This document shows positions 23,986 to 38,380 of a stretch of DNA of 64,000 nt, in pieces (the first letter of the stretch is position 1; every line of letters begins with the position of its first letter). Below the pieces are notes generated by a model, which was not told the DNA's origin, did not search any database, and saw only the letters and a program-made list of their open reading frames with translations. A program made the position numbers and the translations under genes. Source of the stretch: Vitrella brassicaformis CCMP3155 (taxonomy: Eukaryota; Protista; Chromerida); contig CDMY01000831.1 of NCBI GenBank assembly GCA_001179505.1, positions 62,001-126,000 on the forward strand, given 5' to 3'.

Positions 23986-26900
23986 TCACAAGCTCATGCC
24001 ATCGCTGCCCTCCTTCTTGTCGCCGCCTCCCTCCTTGCCCTTCTCCTCCTCTGATTTCTCTTGTCCCTCTGGCGGCTTGTCGACGTCCATGCTGGTGGGC
24101 TCCTCGTCGATGTCCTCGACCTTGGCGTCCTTGGGGCCCTTGACCGTCAGCTTCTTCAGCAGCAGCAGATACGCGATGTGGTAGTCATCTGACAGACAGA
24201 AAGATAAAGGGAGAGGGGATGCTGGTTGGAGGGAGGGGGGGGGGNNNNNNNNNNNNNNNNNNNNNNNNNNNNNNNNNNNNNNNNNNNNNNNNNNNNNNNN
24301 NNNNNNNNNNNNNNNNNNNNNNNNNNNNNNNNNNNNNNNNNNNNNNNNNNNNNNNNNNNNNNNNNNNNNNNNNNNNNNNNNNNNNNNNNNNNNNNNNNNN
24401 NNNNNNNNNNNNNNNNNNNNNNNNNNNNNNNNNNNNNNNNNNNNNNNNNNNNNNNNNNNNNNNNNNNNNNNNNNNNNNNNNNNNNNNNNNNNNNNNNNNN
24501 NNNNNNNNNNNNNNNNNNNNNNNNNNNNNNNNNNNNNNNNNNNNTGTGTTGGTCCTACTTCTGCCGCCTGTGAGGTCGATGTCTTTCCACTTGTGGTCCG
24601 ACACCTTGTCGTCGTCGAACTTCAGCCACTCGTCTGCAGCGACGGCACACACACACACACACGCTTCCAGTCGCTCGGGGCACATGTCATGTGTTGGGTC
24701 AAAGTTGGTGTCTGTTCTGTCTGTCTGTCTGTCTGACCTTCGGTCTTCCGGACCCACGCGATGTAGTGACCGCTGTCCGCAGCACGACCTGTCACACACA
24801 CACACACACACACCCACACATGGACGTGTCCCGCCGCCCTCGTCACACACACCTTGCAAGCTTCAGACAGACCCACCACTCACCTTGGTGTGTGATGATG
24901 CTCAGCAGCTGGAAGTTGCCCGTGTCGTAGTCAACCAACTGCAATCCAACCAACCCACCATTGTCAGTCACACTCACTTGCTTGCCGCTTGCCGTCTCTG
25001 TCCCCTGCGGGGCTTACCTCCTCGATCTCGTCCTCCTTTTTCTCCGGTGCAGCAGCTGCAGCGGCGGCCTCAGCTTCCTGTGCGGCAGCAGCCGGCTTGG
25101 CCGCCGCCTCGCCGTCGGTCATCTTGACGTCGCCGTCCTTCTCCTTGTTGTCCTTTGTGTCCTTTGTGTCCTTGGTGTCTTTCTCCTTGCTGTCGCTCTC
25201 CTTCTTGGCCGATACAGACGTGTCCTCCAAAGCTTTGTTGCGGAGAGCTGCACACGCACCACGGAAGGACGAAGACACGCAGATATGGACCACCATTGGC
25301 TGGGCGAGTGGATTGTCTGGCTGTGGGGGTGTGGGTGTGTGTGGTGTACCGGCTTGTTCCTCGTCCTTCTCCCTCTGTATCTTGCGTCCGACCCTGAGAG
25401 TGCGCTGCAGGTCCTTGGAGCAAAACTCATAGGCGTCCAACGTACGCGAAAACTCCACTCGCTGACAGACAGCCGCCATACACACACACATACGCAGATA
25501 CCACCGTGGTGTGTTTGGTATGTTTGCTCCTGGCTGGCGAGTGTGTGTGGTGTGGTGGTGTGCTGCTGCCCTCTCCCTCACCCGGCAGACTTTTGCCTTG
25601 GTGGCCTCCGTGCCGGCAGCTGCGCTGGCGCCCTTCCACTCAAAACGGACGAAATGAACCGTCAGGTACTCAGGCTGACCGACCGACCGACCGACCGAGT
25701 GAGCGATACACAACACACCCACACAGACACACGAAGCTGGTGTGATTGGTGTCTCTCTCTCTCCGTTGCTTACGAGTGTTTCCATGCGGGAGGTCTTCTT
25801 GTAAGCGGCGTTCTTGCCGAGGGTGGGGGACATCTTCTCGACGTCCTCATCCAGCGACTGCATACACACACGCACCCCGCCCCACACACAACACAACGTG
25901 GGCAAATGTGTGTGTGTGTGTGTGTGATAAGGTCGGTCAGCACCAGTTTGATGCCCTGTGAGATGAGGCTGACGGGGTGGAGTTGGTTGCCCATGTGGCA
26001 CGACAGCTTCCGGGTCTCCTCAGTGGCGGTCGTCTCCTCCTCCTTCTCGTTCTCCAAACACTTGTACCTGCACACGCGCACACACACAGGGCGACGGACA
26101 GACGCGCCTCGCCCTCATGTGGCCTGGCCGCCTGGCTGGCTTACGTGGATGAGAGAGTGAAGGAGAAGAGCTTATCCACAACACGGTCAGACCCTGACGC
26201 GCCGCCCTGGATGGACACACACAGCGGCGATACGAAAGGATCGACGTCAGTCAAACGATCGCCTACCTACCTACCTTGATTTTGTCCCTGAATGTGTTGA
26301 GCAGCGCATTGAGGCACTCCTCCGCATCCTGCTGCATGAACACGCCTCGCGGACCCTGCATTGCATGGCATGGCCATAGGCGAGGGAAGGAACGAACACA
26401 CACACACACACATGGTGTGGTGCCTGTCTGTCTGTCTGTCTGTCTGTGTCCGCCGCCAGGCCAGCCACTACCCCCCTGACCTCACCCTCTGTGCGAACTG
26501 TGGGAATCGGTCTCTGAGGTTTTGGATGGCCAGCATCGGAGGGATCGGCTCACCCGCCATCTCTACACACACGCAGAGAGAGCGGCAGAGCGGGCACAAC
26601 ACAACCAGCACAGATAATGGGTTGTTCGAGTCACTCACGTGACGTGTCTGTCTTATCTGCCTGTCTGTCACACCCATCCCCGGCCCACCCAGTTGGTGGT
26701 ACACATCCCGGAAGGACGCTGTGAGTCTCATCTCGGGATCCACCTGACCCGGACCACCACCCGCCGTCACCCTGACATGCCGACACACGCAAACACACCG
26801 CACCGCACGATCGCCGCAGGCTCCTGCTGCTGCTGCTTGCATTGCGTCCTGCCCGCCTGCCTGCCTGCCTGTGTGTGTGTGTGTGTGTGTTTCGGTCGCT

Positions 26901-27845
26901 GGCTGACCCTTTGATGGCGTTGGTGAATTCCTTAGCTGGTTTGAGGAACTGCACGACCGAGTTGACGTAGCAGGTGGTGCCGAGATTCACCAACCCCATC
27001 GGCAAAGGCTCCTGCACACACACACAAACGTGCATCCAGCATGCAGTGCAGTGCAGTGCAACGTAGCACGACCCAATCAGACGGACGGCGGATGCGTACC
27101 ACTTGTTTCTCCTTGAGCAGTTTGGCCTTCTGGGCTGGCGTCAGGTCCTCCACAAACACAGTCTTCTCTGAACAAGACACACCATTCACCCAGCTAGCTA
27201 CCTGTGCACGTGGCGCAGATCAGATCCACCTATACATACCTGAGGGTGGCTGCAGCTCCTTGCCCTCAGCCGTCCCGATCAGCGTCAGCTTCGATCCCTG
27301 CACACACAACACAACACAACACAACAACACGGCTCCATGGCGCATGTAAAGCGGCTCGGCTCACATCTTTCAGCCCGAACGCAGCGAGGTCCGTATCATC
27401 CTTGACGATGCCTGCACACCACACAATCACACAGAAGGATGATGTCATTGAGCTGCAACGACTGAGGCCATCCATCCATCCATCCATCTGAGCATATATA
27501 ATCACCTTTCGTCCCCATGAGCTTCATGCGCTCGACTGGGACCCCGGTGAGTGTCCACAGCTGCGTCTTGAGCAGGACGCCGGGCTCTGAGGTCTCGACC
27601 TCCACCTCATTGTAGACCTGCTTGCCCCACTTGACTTGAACTGATGCGATGCGATGCCACACACAGACGATCAGACAATCAGACAATCAGACAGACAGAC
27701 AGACAGACAGGCAGATGGACGCATGGATGGATGATTGGATAGATGGATGGATGGCATAGACATAGCGTCGCCCGGAGCAGCGCGCAGGGCAGCCGGAACA
27801 GCTGAGTGTGTCGCTTCCTGCACACGTACCTTTGACAGACGGCAT
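23986..27845 (-). CDS. USP14: Ubiquitin carboxyl-terminal hydrolase 14 / UBP6 (UBL + USP domain)
   Basis: MPSVK|VQVKWGKQVY (UBL), GLVNLGTTCYVNS (Cys box), QQDAEEC, GRAADSGHY (His box), WLKFDDDKV, DYHIAYLLL. Stop TGA at 23986-23988. The assembly gap falls inside the last intron. Confidence 0.96.
24245..24544. other. Assembly gap (300 N)
   Basis: Run of N following a poly-G tract, inside the last USP14 intron. Confidence 0.99.
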
Positions 27846-27978
27846 GATGCTGCCGACGCAATCGCCTGGATCTTCCCTACGCAACTACGAGGCAGAGGCT
27901 CGGAGATCTGCGCTTCACACTTCAAGCTAAGCTCGCATGCGCGCTTCAAGCCAGGTTTTCATGATCTGAGGCATCGTC
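27846..27978. promoter_or_regulatory. Divergent promoter between USP14 and the helical-repeat protein
   Basis: 133 bp between ATGs. AAGCTCGCA at 27929-27937, AGATCT at 27904-27909, CTTCAAGC twice. Confidence 0.6.
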
Positions 27979-30485
27979 ATGGAGATCTCCGCACGGCTGC
28001 CATCGCTCCCTCTGCGATATCAGAATCCCCGCAGACAGACGGCACTCATCGCTCTGATTCTGTGCTCCGCCTTCCCATGCGTCATCGGCCACGCCAGCAG
28101 CTCTCCCTGGTCGGCGCTGAGCAGCCAAGCACCAATCAAGAGGCTGCGGTGGCTCCATATGGATCTGCCATACCGGGACGGGACAAGCCGACCTCTGTCA
28201 CTCATCGTCTGTCGGCCTGTGAGAGGGCGGCATCGGCTTTCTCCCACTGCCGCAGTGCAGCCGCGGTCGGCTCACCCGGTGCTTCATCCGCTGCCGCAGG
28301 TTATCGCTGCTTCTGACGACCATCATCACAACCGGCAACAGCACTTGATGGATCACTTCCCGCTTGATCCCCCTAGTCGTGGCGGGTTCAGCCACCCTGT
28401 CATGCCCCCTCTCCCTCTCCCTCTCCCCCCCATCCCCGCCCCTACGCCCGCCTTCCGCCGTGATCATCTGACAGACGACGACCTTCTCGACGTGCTGCCG
28501 ACCCTCACCGACGTGAGTGCCATCCTCACTCTCGTCGACAGGCATATGCGCGAGAGCGACCGTCCTGTTGATCCGCTCACCCTCTCGGTGGCCTTCACCT
28601 GTCTGGGCAGGAGAGTGGGTCTCTTCCGCGTCAAAGGGACGGTGCAGATGCTCGCCACCGACCCGAGGTTCGCCGCCCTGCAGGAGAGGCTCATGGCGGT
28701 GGTGCGGCTGCAGCGGGTGAGGGGGGACGGGCCGTATGGCGACATGCTATGTGCGCAGATGGTGCTGGTGGCTGCCAGGATGGGGCTGCACCAGGGGCAG
28801 CTTTATCGGGAGCTCAAGGGGGTGCTGGTGGGCATGGTGCAGCAGGGGCGGGTGGGGGTGGAGACGCTGGGTGACCTGGTGGCTGCACTGGCTGCGGCGG
28901 GCGACCGGGATGAGGGGATGATTCGAGCGGCTGTTGGTTCTATGAGCGACAAGTGGCGTCAATTCGACCAAGAGGTGTGTACGGTTTGTATGGACGAAAG
29001 ACGAACACACCCAATCAGTCGTTCATGTGCGTCCGCCTGTGCATGCAGTCGCTCGCGGTGCTGGCGTCCTCCTTCGCCCGGCTTCAGTGGCCCGACCGCT
29101 CCCTCTTCCGCCGACTGGGCATCTCCCTCACCTCACCCAACAACCGCATCGGCACCCACACCGCCCTCAAACCCCAACACATCACAGCCATCGTCAAGGC
29201 ATTCAGCTCCATGCGGTACCGCCACGACAGGCTGCTGGCGTACCTGACGTCAGTGCTGGTGGGCGACCGGTCGGCGGGTCGGCGGACGGCGCAGCACTGG
29301 AGGTATGGGGGTGACGGGCGGCTGCCGCTGGCGCCACTGCCTGGGAGGAACGGTGTGGATGTGTTGGGGTCTATGACGGCGAGGGAGTGCGGAGTGGTGC
29401 TCGAGGGTCTGGCAAGACTGGGCGTCAGGGTGGATACGGGGGAGGAGAGGCACCGTGGGCTTGTGGAGGCTGTGCTCCGGCAGTTCTGGAAGATGAGAGG
29501 TGACAAAGGCAGAGGGAAGAAGGGAAAGCGGAAGATACATCGATGATAAGGATGATGATGATGATGGTGTGTGTGTGTGTGTGTGTGTGTGATGCACAGG
29601 CACGTCAGATCTGTCGAACGACATCAGGGTCCTATATGCCGAGGCCACGCTCCTCGCTCACAACAGCACATCCATTTCGTCCCCCCTCGCGCCCTCTCTC
29701 CTCGTCAAGACTGTCAACACATCTCTCCACCAGTTGACCACCCCTGGGACGTCAGAGGCCTCAGCCACGTCCCCATCAGCCTCAGCCTCCCCACTCCCGT
29801 CACCAGCCATGCAGATCGCCCTGACTCCGGCAGATGTCGTGCGACTACTGTACGTCTATGCCTATCATCGCGGGAAGGGTGTTCTGTCCGGCGAGAGAGA
29901 GAGGGCGTTGATCGACGCGTGTGTGGAGATGGTGCTGCCGTGCCTGGTGGGTGAGGAGGAGGGGGTAGGGACGGCCGAGCTGCCGGTGCTGGCTTGGAGC
30001 CTGGCGGAGCTAAATGCGACTGACGGGTGAGTGAATGCATTCCCGTGCCGATAGAGGACTGACCTCTGATCGCTGCCTCCTGCCCTGTCCTCAGGCGTGC
30101 GTGGAAGGCCATCCGGTCGGCTGCGGAGCACCACCTCGTGTCACTCCCAACATGGGCCCTCCCCACCCTCTTGGCGCCACTCGCAGCCCGCGGCCAGCTG
30201 TCTGCCCGCCTCAAAGGCCTCACGGCATCTCTCCTGTCCGAGCGGCTGGCCATCCCCCTTCCCGAAGCCACGCAGGAGATCACAAGGGCCGATCCCCATC
30301 CGCCTGTTGTGCCTCCTTATGCTTTTGGTTCTGACTGGGACCGAGTGGTATTGGGTGAGGATTTAGTGCGGCTGCTGGATGTGCTCGGGGTGGGCGTAGA
30401 TAGGGCGGGGGATGGTGTTCGATTTTTGGACGGTGTCGGGTCTGTCGATGTCGATAGGGTGAGAGAGATGCTGAGGACGTGTTGA
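27979..30485 (+). CDS. Helical-repeat (HPR/OPR/FAST-like) putative organellar RNA-binding protein with a bipartite targeting leader
   Basis: Hydrophobic signal-like stretch (TALIALILCSAFPCVIGHA), then an S/R-rich transit-like region. Repeats include PLTLSVAFTCLGR, SLAVLASSFARLQWPDRSLFRRL, PQHITAIVKAFSSMRYRHDRLLAYL, ARECGVVLEGLARLG and TAELPVLAWSLAEL. Confidence 0.6.
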
Positions 30486-30824
30486 CTGACTGCTGGCTTG
30501 TGTGGCCGATGTCGGTAGCTTGACCGTGTGGAGCCAGCCCACGGCGATTGGGATTTGTGTCTTAAGGCAAATCCATATGGCCGTCTACAGACGTCGGCAG
30601 ACGAGGGAGTGATGTGGCTGGCGCATTGAACGGACGACAGACTGTTGATGGAAACCGATATGGCAGATACTCTCAGTGAGCCAAAGTGGCAATCATGTCT
30701 CAGTTTCTACATCTGGGATCTGTCGCTCGAACAAGGCAGCAACACGCACGACCGATCTCCGACAAACAAGTCACACAAGGCACGTGACACACGGCACACC
30801 CATCCCATCTGCCAACAGCGTCAC

Positions 30825-32787
30825 CTATTGGTCTTGGCTCGCGAGCACCGCCGTCTTGCTGTCTTCTCCTCTCGTAGTGTGTCTCTGCTGCTGCCTCTGC
30901 TGCTGCTGCATTAACACGCTCGCAGGGGCCGCCCCGCCCTTGATGTCCTTATCCTGCCTGTCGGCCTCGGCAGTGGCCATCGCTATGCGGTGCGTCATCT
31001 CCTTGAGCATTCTGTTGTCAATTGTCGACTCTGACTCGGAATCCGCTTCACTCTCGCTTTCACTTTCACTGTCACTCCCCCCCTCGTGCTGCCCCAAATG
31101 TCCTTTCCCTATGCCTCCGCCTTTGCTGCCGCAGTCCTCTTCGTCGCTGTCTGAGGTGGCATTTTCCGTGTGCATGGCGGGTTCTGCAAAGGCCATGAGG
31201 GCTGTGCGGTTGATGTGGGGCGAAGGGGGGAGGGCCGGTCCGGGATGGGATGAGGAGTTGTTGTTGTTGATGAGGTGGTTGATCAGCTCGTCCAGCTCGG
31301 GAGGCACCTTCTCGCCGCCCTCACCACCGGCGCCAGCATTGTGGTGCAGGTGGTGCACTGGAGGGAGCCTCAAGGGAAGTGGCTCGAGTGGCTCGTTCTC
31401 TTGTTGCTGTGGCGGGATGTACTTGATGGGGGAGGGAGGGAGGTGGTCTCTGACGTGTGCACAGACCTCTGACTGGATGAAGTGGTGGAGGAAGGCGGCA
31501 GAGTCGTTGACGGTTGCGCAGTAGAGGATGGTGTTGCCTTTGCAGCATGGCTCGTGGTACATGACTTGGCTGCAAGCATCGCCGGGCAGACAGTCGTCTG
31601 TCGCACTCGTGTCCTGCAGGAGAATCATGCTGTGGGGTCGTGGATAGTAAGAATGACATTGTGTGTGTACGTGTAAGAATGAGTCTGTCTCCTTGTTCAG
31701 GGCCTCAAGCTCGTGGCTGAGACCGGCCTGCATCGAGACAGAAGAACAGACATTCATGTGGCTGGGCCTGTCTGCAATCGGGCTGTGGATGCATACAAGC
31801 GTCTCTCGCAGAGACTTAAGCTCAAGCTCCGACTTCAGCGCTTTCTCAGCCTGAAAGAGGAGACAGGAACACGTGCCGCACCGCCTTCAGTGTGTCCTGC
31901 CTGTTGTCCTTACGTATAGCAGCTTGACGTCGTACAGTTCCTGTCGGCAGTGCTCCAGCTGCCCCATCAGCCGCCACGTCACATTCATCTCACGAAGCTG
32001 ATATGATACAGGCGTACGAGACACACACAGCCAATAAGGTCTCTCTGTGTCCAAGCAACCAGCCAACGCACTCCCTCCCTCACCTCTTCGGCCTTTGTCC
32101 TGCTCACGAAGATAGACGCCTGCTTGACGAGCTCCCTCTGCGTGCTCTCCTCTGCCGCCACGATCTCGTCGACGGCGGCCTCCAGCTTCATGGCGCAGGA
32201 GTGCGCCACATTGTCGATCATCGTTATCGTAGTTTGCAGCTGACAAGCACAAACGAGCACAGACGTGCACCCACCTTTGTTTGTCCGTATCTCTGCTTAC
32301 ACAGCAGGTTCTTGTAGAAGAGGGAGCGAATGTGTTGCAAAAAGTCCTTCTGGAAACCAATCAGCTGCCGCATGTCTGCAATGTCCGCCTTCTCCGGCGT
32401 GTGGTCCTCGCACTCACAAGGATCGGGGCCACCCCCCGCACCCCTCAGCGCCACCATAGTCACCACAGGCCCATCCTTCCGTCCCTTCGTCGAGTTGCTG
32501 GCCACCCCGTGGCCACCGCCATCCTTTCGGCCATGCTTGGCCTTGTGCTGGTCAATCAGCTTCATGATCTGCCCCGCCACATCCCCACTGGTGCTCTTGA
32601 CCGACTGCAGGAGGGCCGTCCTGTCGGCGTGAGAGATGGACGAAGTCTTGCCAACGGCCGCCCCGTCACGCAGCTGGGTCAATGCGGGACTCGATGCATG
32701 AGAGGGGAAGCGGGAGGGGCCGCCTTGCAATGCTGCTGCAGCCCTTCTTCTGTGGGTGTTCTTGTGGCTGTGTGTGACATTCACCAC
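30825..32787 (-). CDS. Hypothetical protein with a coiled-coil middle and a low-complexity acidic C-terminus
   Basis: Long ORFs 32224-32787, 31985-32260 and 30825-31757 are linked by typical GT-AG introns. No recognisable domain and the start codon is uncertain. Confidence 0.5.
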
Positions 32788-33121
32788 AGTGAATCTGAGC
32801 GGCCGAGAAAAGGAGTTAGCGCCACGCCGATGTCGGTGCCTGACCAGAGTGGCCTCCCTTGTGCTGGCGGCCAGTGCAGTGACGACAGAGAGGCTCAGGT
32901 GAATGAGAAAGCCCGTCCTCTTCGTTTGTCAACGAGACGGGGGCCAAGACGGACGGGATCACCAAGTGGATTCAAACGATGCACACAAGCGTATGACTGA
33001 CGTCGATGAATTGGGATGGCCAAAGGGACTGGAGAACTCCAGTCGCTGCGATCGTGCCAGTGCATGCACGGTGGGGGCGGCCCCCAGCTTACTCCGAGTC
33101 CCCTCTCTCCCGTCTCCCATC

Positions 33122-36100
33122 ATGAGACCGAATACGAAATCGCCTCAGGCGAAGCGGCCGCATTCGGCTCGCCCCAAGTACGAGCCAGGGAAAGCCAGCT
33201 CTCCTAAGAGTCTAGCAAAGGCTCCAGCTCGAAGCCGCACACAAGAAGGTGAGTGCGAAAGCAACACAGGCAAGAGAGATGGACGCTCTTCCTCTGTTTG
33301 CCTTTCCTATGGCTGCAGCGCCGAAATCATCGACCAGTCGTCCACTCATTGCCAGGCAGAAGTCCGCCACGGGCAGCCGGCAGACTTCTCTCGCTTCGCA
33401 TGTGTCCCTCGCCATCTCCGAGGCGTCAGCTGCTCTCTTGCAAGCCAACACCGCAGCTAAGTCGCCAGTGAAAAGGAAGGAGTCGCTTTCTGGCGAGAAA
33501 AAGAAGGGCGCGAGCCGGTCATCCTCCAAGCAGTCCCTCAGTCGTTCAGGGTCGCTGTCCCCTCGTCTGTTGGAGAGGCGGGAAGAGGCGATTCGAGTCA
33601 GCGTGCGACTTAGACCCCTGATGGACACCGAAGTAAGGACAGAACAGGAGAGCATGACTCTTGTCCGATGGAATAACTTCCCCTTTTCCCAGCTTCGGTC
33701 TGGCCATCATTACATCTGGCGTGTCTCTGATGGCCAATTGTGGGTCGAGGGAGGCACTCCGGACATCCCCAAGTCGGTGTCAGATCGGGTCAAGGGCGTG
33801 CAGTTTGGATTTGATCACACTTTCGAGGGCGATGCGGCGACATCGGATGTCTACAAAAAAGTGGCGAAAGGCATCGTCCATGACGCCATTAGAGGTTAGT
33901 CAGTTAGCTAAAGGGGTCAGCCAGCACTGCAAAATGTATGTTGGAATCATTGCCTGCCTGCCTGTCTGCCTGCAGGTATCAACGGGTGCGTGCTGGCATA
34001 CGGCCAGACGGGAGCGGGTAAAACATACAGGTACCAAAAGCTGTACACCCGAGACATAGCAGAGCATCCTTCTTTCGACTTGCAGCATGTCTGGGGATGC
34101 GTCACATCCTGGAATCATCAGCTGGGCCGTACACGGTAGGACAAAAGGTGACGGCCAGGGAATTCTCCACGGCCTCCCTGGCGTGTTCTGACTGTCAGAT
34201 GTGTTCAACAAGGTGCTGCCCATCGATGAGCGATCGGGTCCTCGCCCCTTTGCTCCCACAAAGAAAAAAGCCAAGAGAGGCACGCCGACAGCGCACCGCA
34301 GGCCGTCACGGGACTCTCTTCCTCATGTAAAAACCGCCGGGCACGCACCTCTCACAGGGTTCCACCTGTCTGCAGGAATTTCTGCTTCGGATGACGTATC
34401 TGGAGATCTATATGGAGAGGGTGCACGACCTGCTTCAAGACGGACAGGCCGGAGAGGATTCGCCGCTTGAGAATCTGCTGGTTAAAGAGGACCCGTCCAA
34501 GGGCTTCTACGTCGCTGGTCTGGCTGAGCGGCTCGTGTCGTCGGAAGGTGAAGTCTACGAGTGGCTTTCCAGGTACGGAATGCTCTCATTGCTGTGGGTA
34601 GGGGAACTTAAGAGGTGCACATGGGGATGTATCTGTTACACTTTCACAGGGGCGAGCGTAAACGGCACTTTGCGCGAACTGACTTCAATGAGGTGTCTTC
34701 GAGGTCTCATGTCGTCTTCACGCTCATCATCGAGAACTCGCAGAGCTCTGCAGAGGATGACGACGTCAAGACGACCCGCATCGGCCGCCTCCACATGGTC
34801 GATCTCGCCGGCTCGGAGCCGTTTGGTGCCGCAATCAGCGAAAAGGTGTGCTGTGGTGACATGTGTCTCGCCTTCCTTCTGCATGTCTGATATCGATGTG
34901 TGTCGTCAGGCCCAGGCCGAAAGCAAGCTGATCAACAAGAGTCTTTTCTTTCTAAGGTTGGTGGGTGAGTGGCGACATGCCTTTCGCCGTGGGCCGTGTT
35001 CATGATGCATTTTGTTTTCGATAGTGAGGTGATTTCGAAGCTTTCTGCGCGAGCCGAAGCCAGCGGGAAGGTGAGAATAGACATGCAGCTGGACTAGGCA
35101 AAGCCATGTCTGTGTGTCTCGATTGGATTGGCAGGATCTTGCCGACTCGTTCCACATCCCATTTCGAGAGTCCAAGCTGACCCGCATACTGGCGTCGGCA
35201 CTGGGAGGCCACTCCCGCTCCGCCCTTCTCGTCGCTCTGCACCCTAGCCACTGTACGCTCGCCACCTACACAATCTTGTGATGGAAACATGGTTTCGCTG
35301 TCCTGGTCGGACTGGTTCAGGTTTTCTGGATGAGTCGCTGAAGTCTTTGAGGTTCGCAGACAAGGCCAAGAAGATCAAGAGCAGACTGCAGGCCAACTAC
35401 GTGTCCTACGAGCAGTCCGTCATCGCTCAGCAGAAACTCACCATCGCAAAGTACACACAGAGACGTACGCCATCGCGGAGCTCTGGATATGTGTGTCTTT
35501 GGCAGGCTTCGTGAAGAACTGCGTCTCCTCCAGAAATCGCTGCAATCTGTTCCCCGCTCCACATCCCTTGACGAGGGCGACGAGTCCTCGCGATTGAACA
35601 CCAAAGTCGAATTGGAATACCTGCAGGTGCGCCAGGTTTTGTGTCCTCTCAACTCTCTCCCTCTCTCTCTCTCTCCCTGCGTGCCTCAGAGCCAGATGGA
35701 GGCGAAGCTTGAGCGCATGTCTCGGTTCATTGTGGGACCCGACATCCGTCACGAGAGACGGAGGGCGCTCGATCTCTCACAGGCCACCATCCATTCGGGC
35801 ATGGGGGTCAGAAACTCTATCATCGTCGACCCTACAGTCGACGGGCTCTTCAGAAGGTCAGCAATACATAGAAAGCCGATCATTTTCTCATGCGATGTCC
35901 CATGTTTGCACAGAGCCAGCCAATTCACGAGAAGTCCTCTGACGGCTGAAGGTGTGCCTGAGGCGCATGCGACGGCCATACGTCTGCTCACTACCATGAA
36001 CCAGCGCTCCTCTTCGTTCGTCGAGGTGCATTTGGGGACACGCGCGTCAATGAACCAGCACCTTGCTCACTCTGTTTTCATTCCAGAGCCAGAAAGAGCG

Positions 36101-37507
36101 GTTCCCTTCGCCGCCAGGCATACTCGTGGAAGAGCATTCTTCACCACTACGTGCTAACGAGGCTTCTGAGGACACCGAAGTAATGGCAATGAATACAGAA
36201 AATGCCCACCAACAGATACAAGACGAGCTCTTGCAGACACACCAGCCAGCCGTCTCTCATCGACCTGAAGCTGGTACGACGAACGAGCGATCGAAGATCG
36301 CCAACCACATCGCTGCCTCTGTTGCAGAAACGGCTCAAGGCCATCGTCCGTCTATCACCTTTGCTGACGCCGAAGGGCCCGCGGACTTCCTTTCGTCTCA
36401 TTCATCGCGCCGCGCCATGTTCAGCGACAGGCTATACAAGCGCCTCAGAACAAGACCGAAGAAGAGACTTTTCCGCATGCTCATCCAGCCAGCCGCCAGA
36501 CCTGAGGCGCCGCCGCCAGCCGATGACCCCGCCATACTGCGAGCCCCTCTGATTCCCCGCCCGCCCTATCCGGCTGGCCCGCCCCCACCTTTGCCGTCCC
36601 TGCCGGCGCCACACGAAGTGTGGGGAAGGGGAGAGGGGGCACCAGTACGGATGGGAGACGGCAGTGGCAGGAAACGGGTGGCGGATGGGGATGGTGGGTA
36701 TGAGGCAGAGACTAATGATGCGGAGGCCTCCCAGTGGCGCAAGGAGCTGAGAAAGCTCCGAAAGGTGAGAGCGCAGGACGCATATCGTTCTTTCTCCACC
36801 TAGTCTCTGTTTGTTGCAGGAGCAGAAGGCGACTCTTGAGTTGTTCCGCCAGTTTGGCACTGCAACAAGGGAGCAGATGCAGGAGCTGCAAGGAGCCATC
36901 ATCAGCATCAAGGTAACCTCTCCATCGCAGCGTTTTCGCTACCATGTCGTGATTTCGTGCAGGAGCGGATCGACACAAGACAACCAGATAGGACACAAGA
37001 AGAGCCCACAGCCGCTCGTCGACACGAAGACCAAGTGCTTCAGCCGTGCCCCTCCATGCCAGCCATGCGGACTGTGCAGGAGACGCCCGCCGACCTGAAG
37101 CAGGAGTCCGTGTCGGTGTGGGGCCCTGTCGTCAGAGCCGTTTCGCACGAGGGGGCAACAGTGGTCTTGGGCAGGCTCAGGTGAGCTCTGAACGGCACAG
37201 AATACCGGTCCATTGTGCACTGTGCTGAGTGCCTTTGATTTGGTGATACAGGCCGCTGGCCTGTCGTCCGCGGCAATGCGCCCCAGTGCAGCGGTGCCAG
37301 ATGCCATCTGTCGACGACGTACTCTGCCGCCGGTCAGACACTATCGACTCAGACCCGCCCTCAATACCAGAAGAGTCTGCCGCACATCCGCTGACGACTT
37401 CGCCACCAATGCGCGTCGGTAATATGGACAGAGGGAGGGGGTTTGGGGTGAGGGTGGGCAAGATGAGACGAGCGTGCAGACGGACTGTGAAGAGATCCTG
37501 TATGTAG
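33122..37507 (+). CDS. Kinesin motor protein (kinesin-7/CENP-E-like) with N-terminal extension and long tail
   Basis: IRVSVRLRPL, FGFDHTF, AYGQTGAGKTY|S (P-loop), TYLEIYMERVHDLL, NEVSSRSHVVF (switch I), HMVDLAGSE (switch II), INKSL, HIPFRESKLTRIL, SLRFADKAKKI. The subfamily assignment is inference. Confidence 0.9.
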
Positions 37508-38380
37508 CGGGTTTGAATGCTGTGCGTGTGAGAGCGTTATTTTTCTGTGCCCGCACGTGTGTGGGTGTGTGTGGGGGTGGTGTCTCTGTGTGTGGTGTGT
37601 GGTCACTGGTGTGGGGTTGGTTACATTGAGAGTGGAGGAGGCCTGCCTGTGGATGTGTGTATATAGAGGAAAGGACGTTGTGTTGCTGCGCGGATAGAAA
37701 ATTACACGTTGAAGTGAATATCAGCGTTTGTGTCTGTGTCTTCCGTGTGTCCACATGCATCAGCAGCTCTGTTCCATGACACAGCCAGCCAGCCATCAAC
37801 CATACAGACACACAGGAACAAACGAATCACGGCTGAGGTGAAGTGAAAAACGACCGACAGTGCGACAAAAAAGGAGACGAGTTGGTGGTTTCCCTCCCCC
37901 AGAAGATCGTGCAGGCAGACTGGTTGGTAGACGTGTCATGCATAAAAGACCATGCCCAAAGACCATGCCCATGGACCACAGACATACAGCCGGCCGATAG
38001 GCCCATACACGAATCCCTCACCCCCCTCCTCCCCCCCTCTCCCCCCTCCCCTGGCTGCAGGGAGGCGACTGCCTTACTTGCTAATACTGTACATCACGAA
38101 TGAAGCCCACACTGACAAGGGAGACAGACAGACAGAGAGAGAGAGAGACTGCACTGCCTGTTACGCCTTTGGACGCAACACATCACATCACATCACAAAG
38201 ATGTAAGACACAGACGGCCTAGGCTTAGCCAGTCAGCCGGTGTCACATGAAAAAAGGACCAGGACCATCCCTATCGGACGGCACCCACTCACACACATAC
38301 AATTATGCATCCCCGAACATGAACCCAGCCCCACTTGATCAAAGAAACGGCCCCCTGGGCCTCCATCTGCCGTCGATGGC

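Noticed and set aside
30676-31524. 282-aa plus-strand ORF
   Set aside because: Antisense shadow of the minus-strand hypothetical gene.
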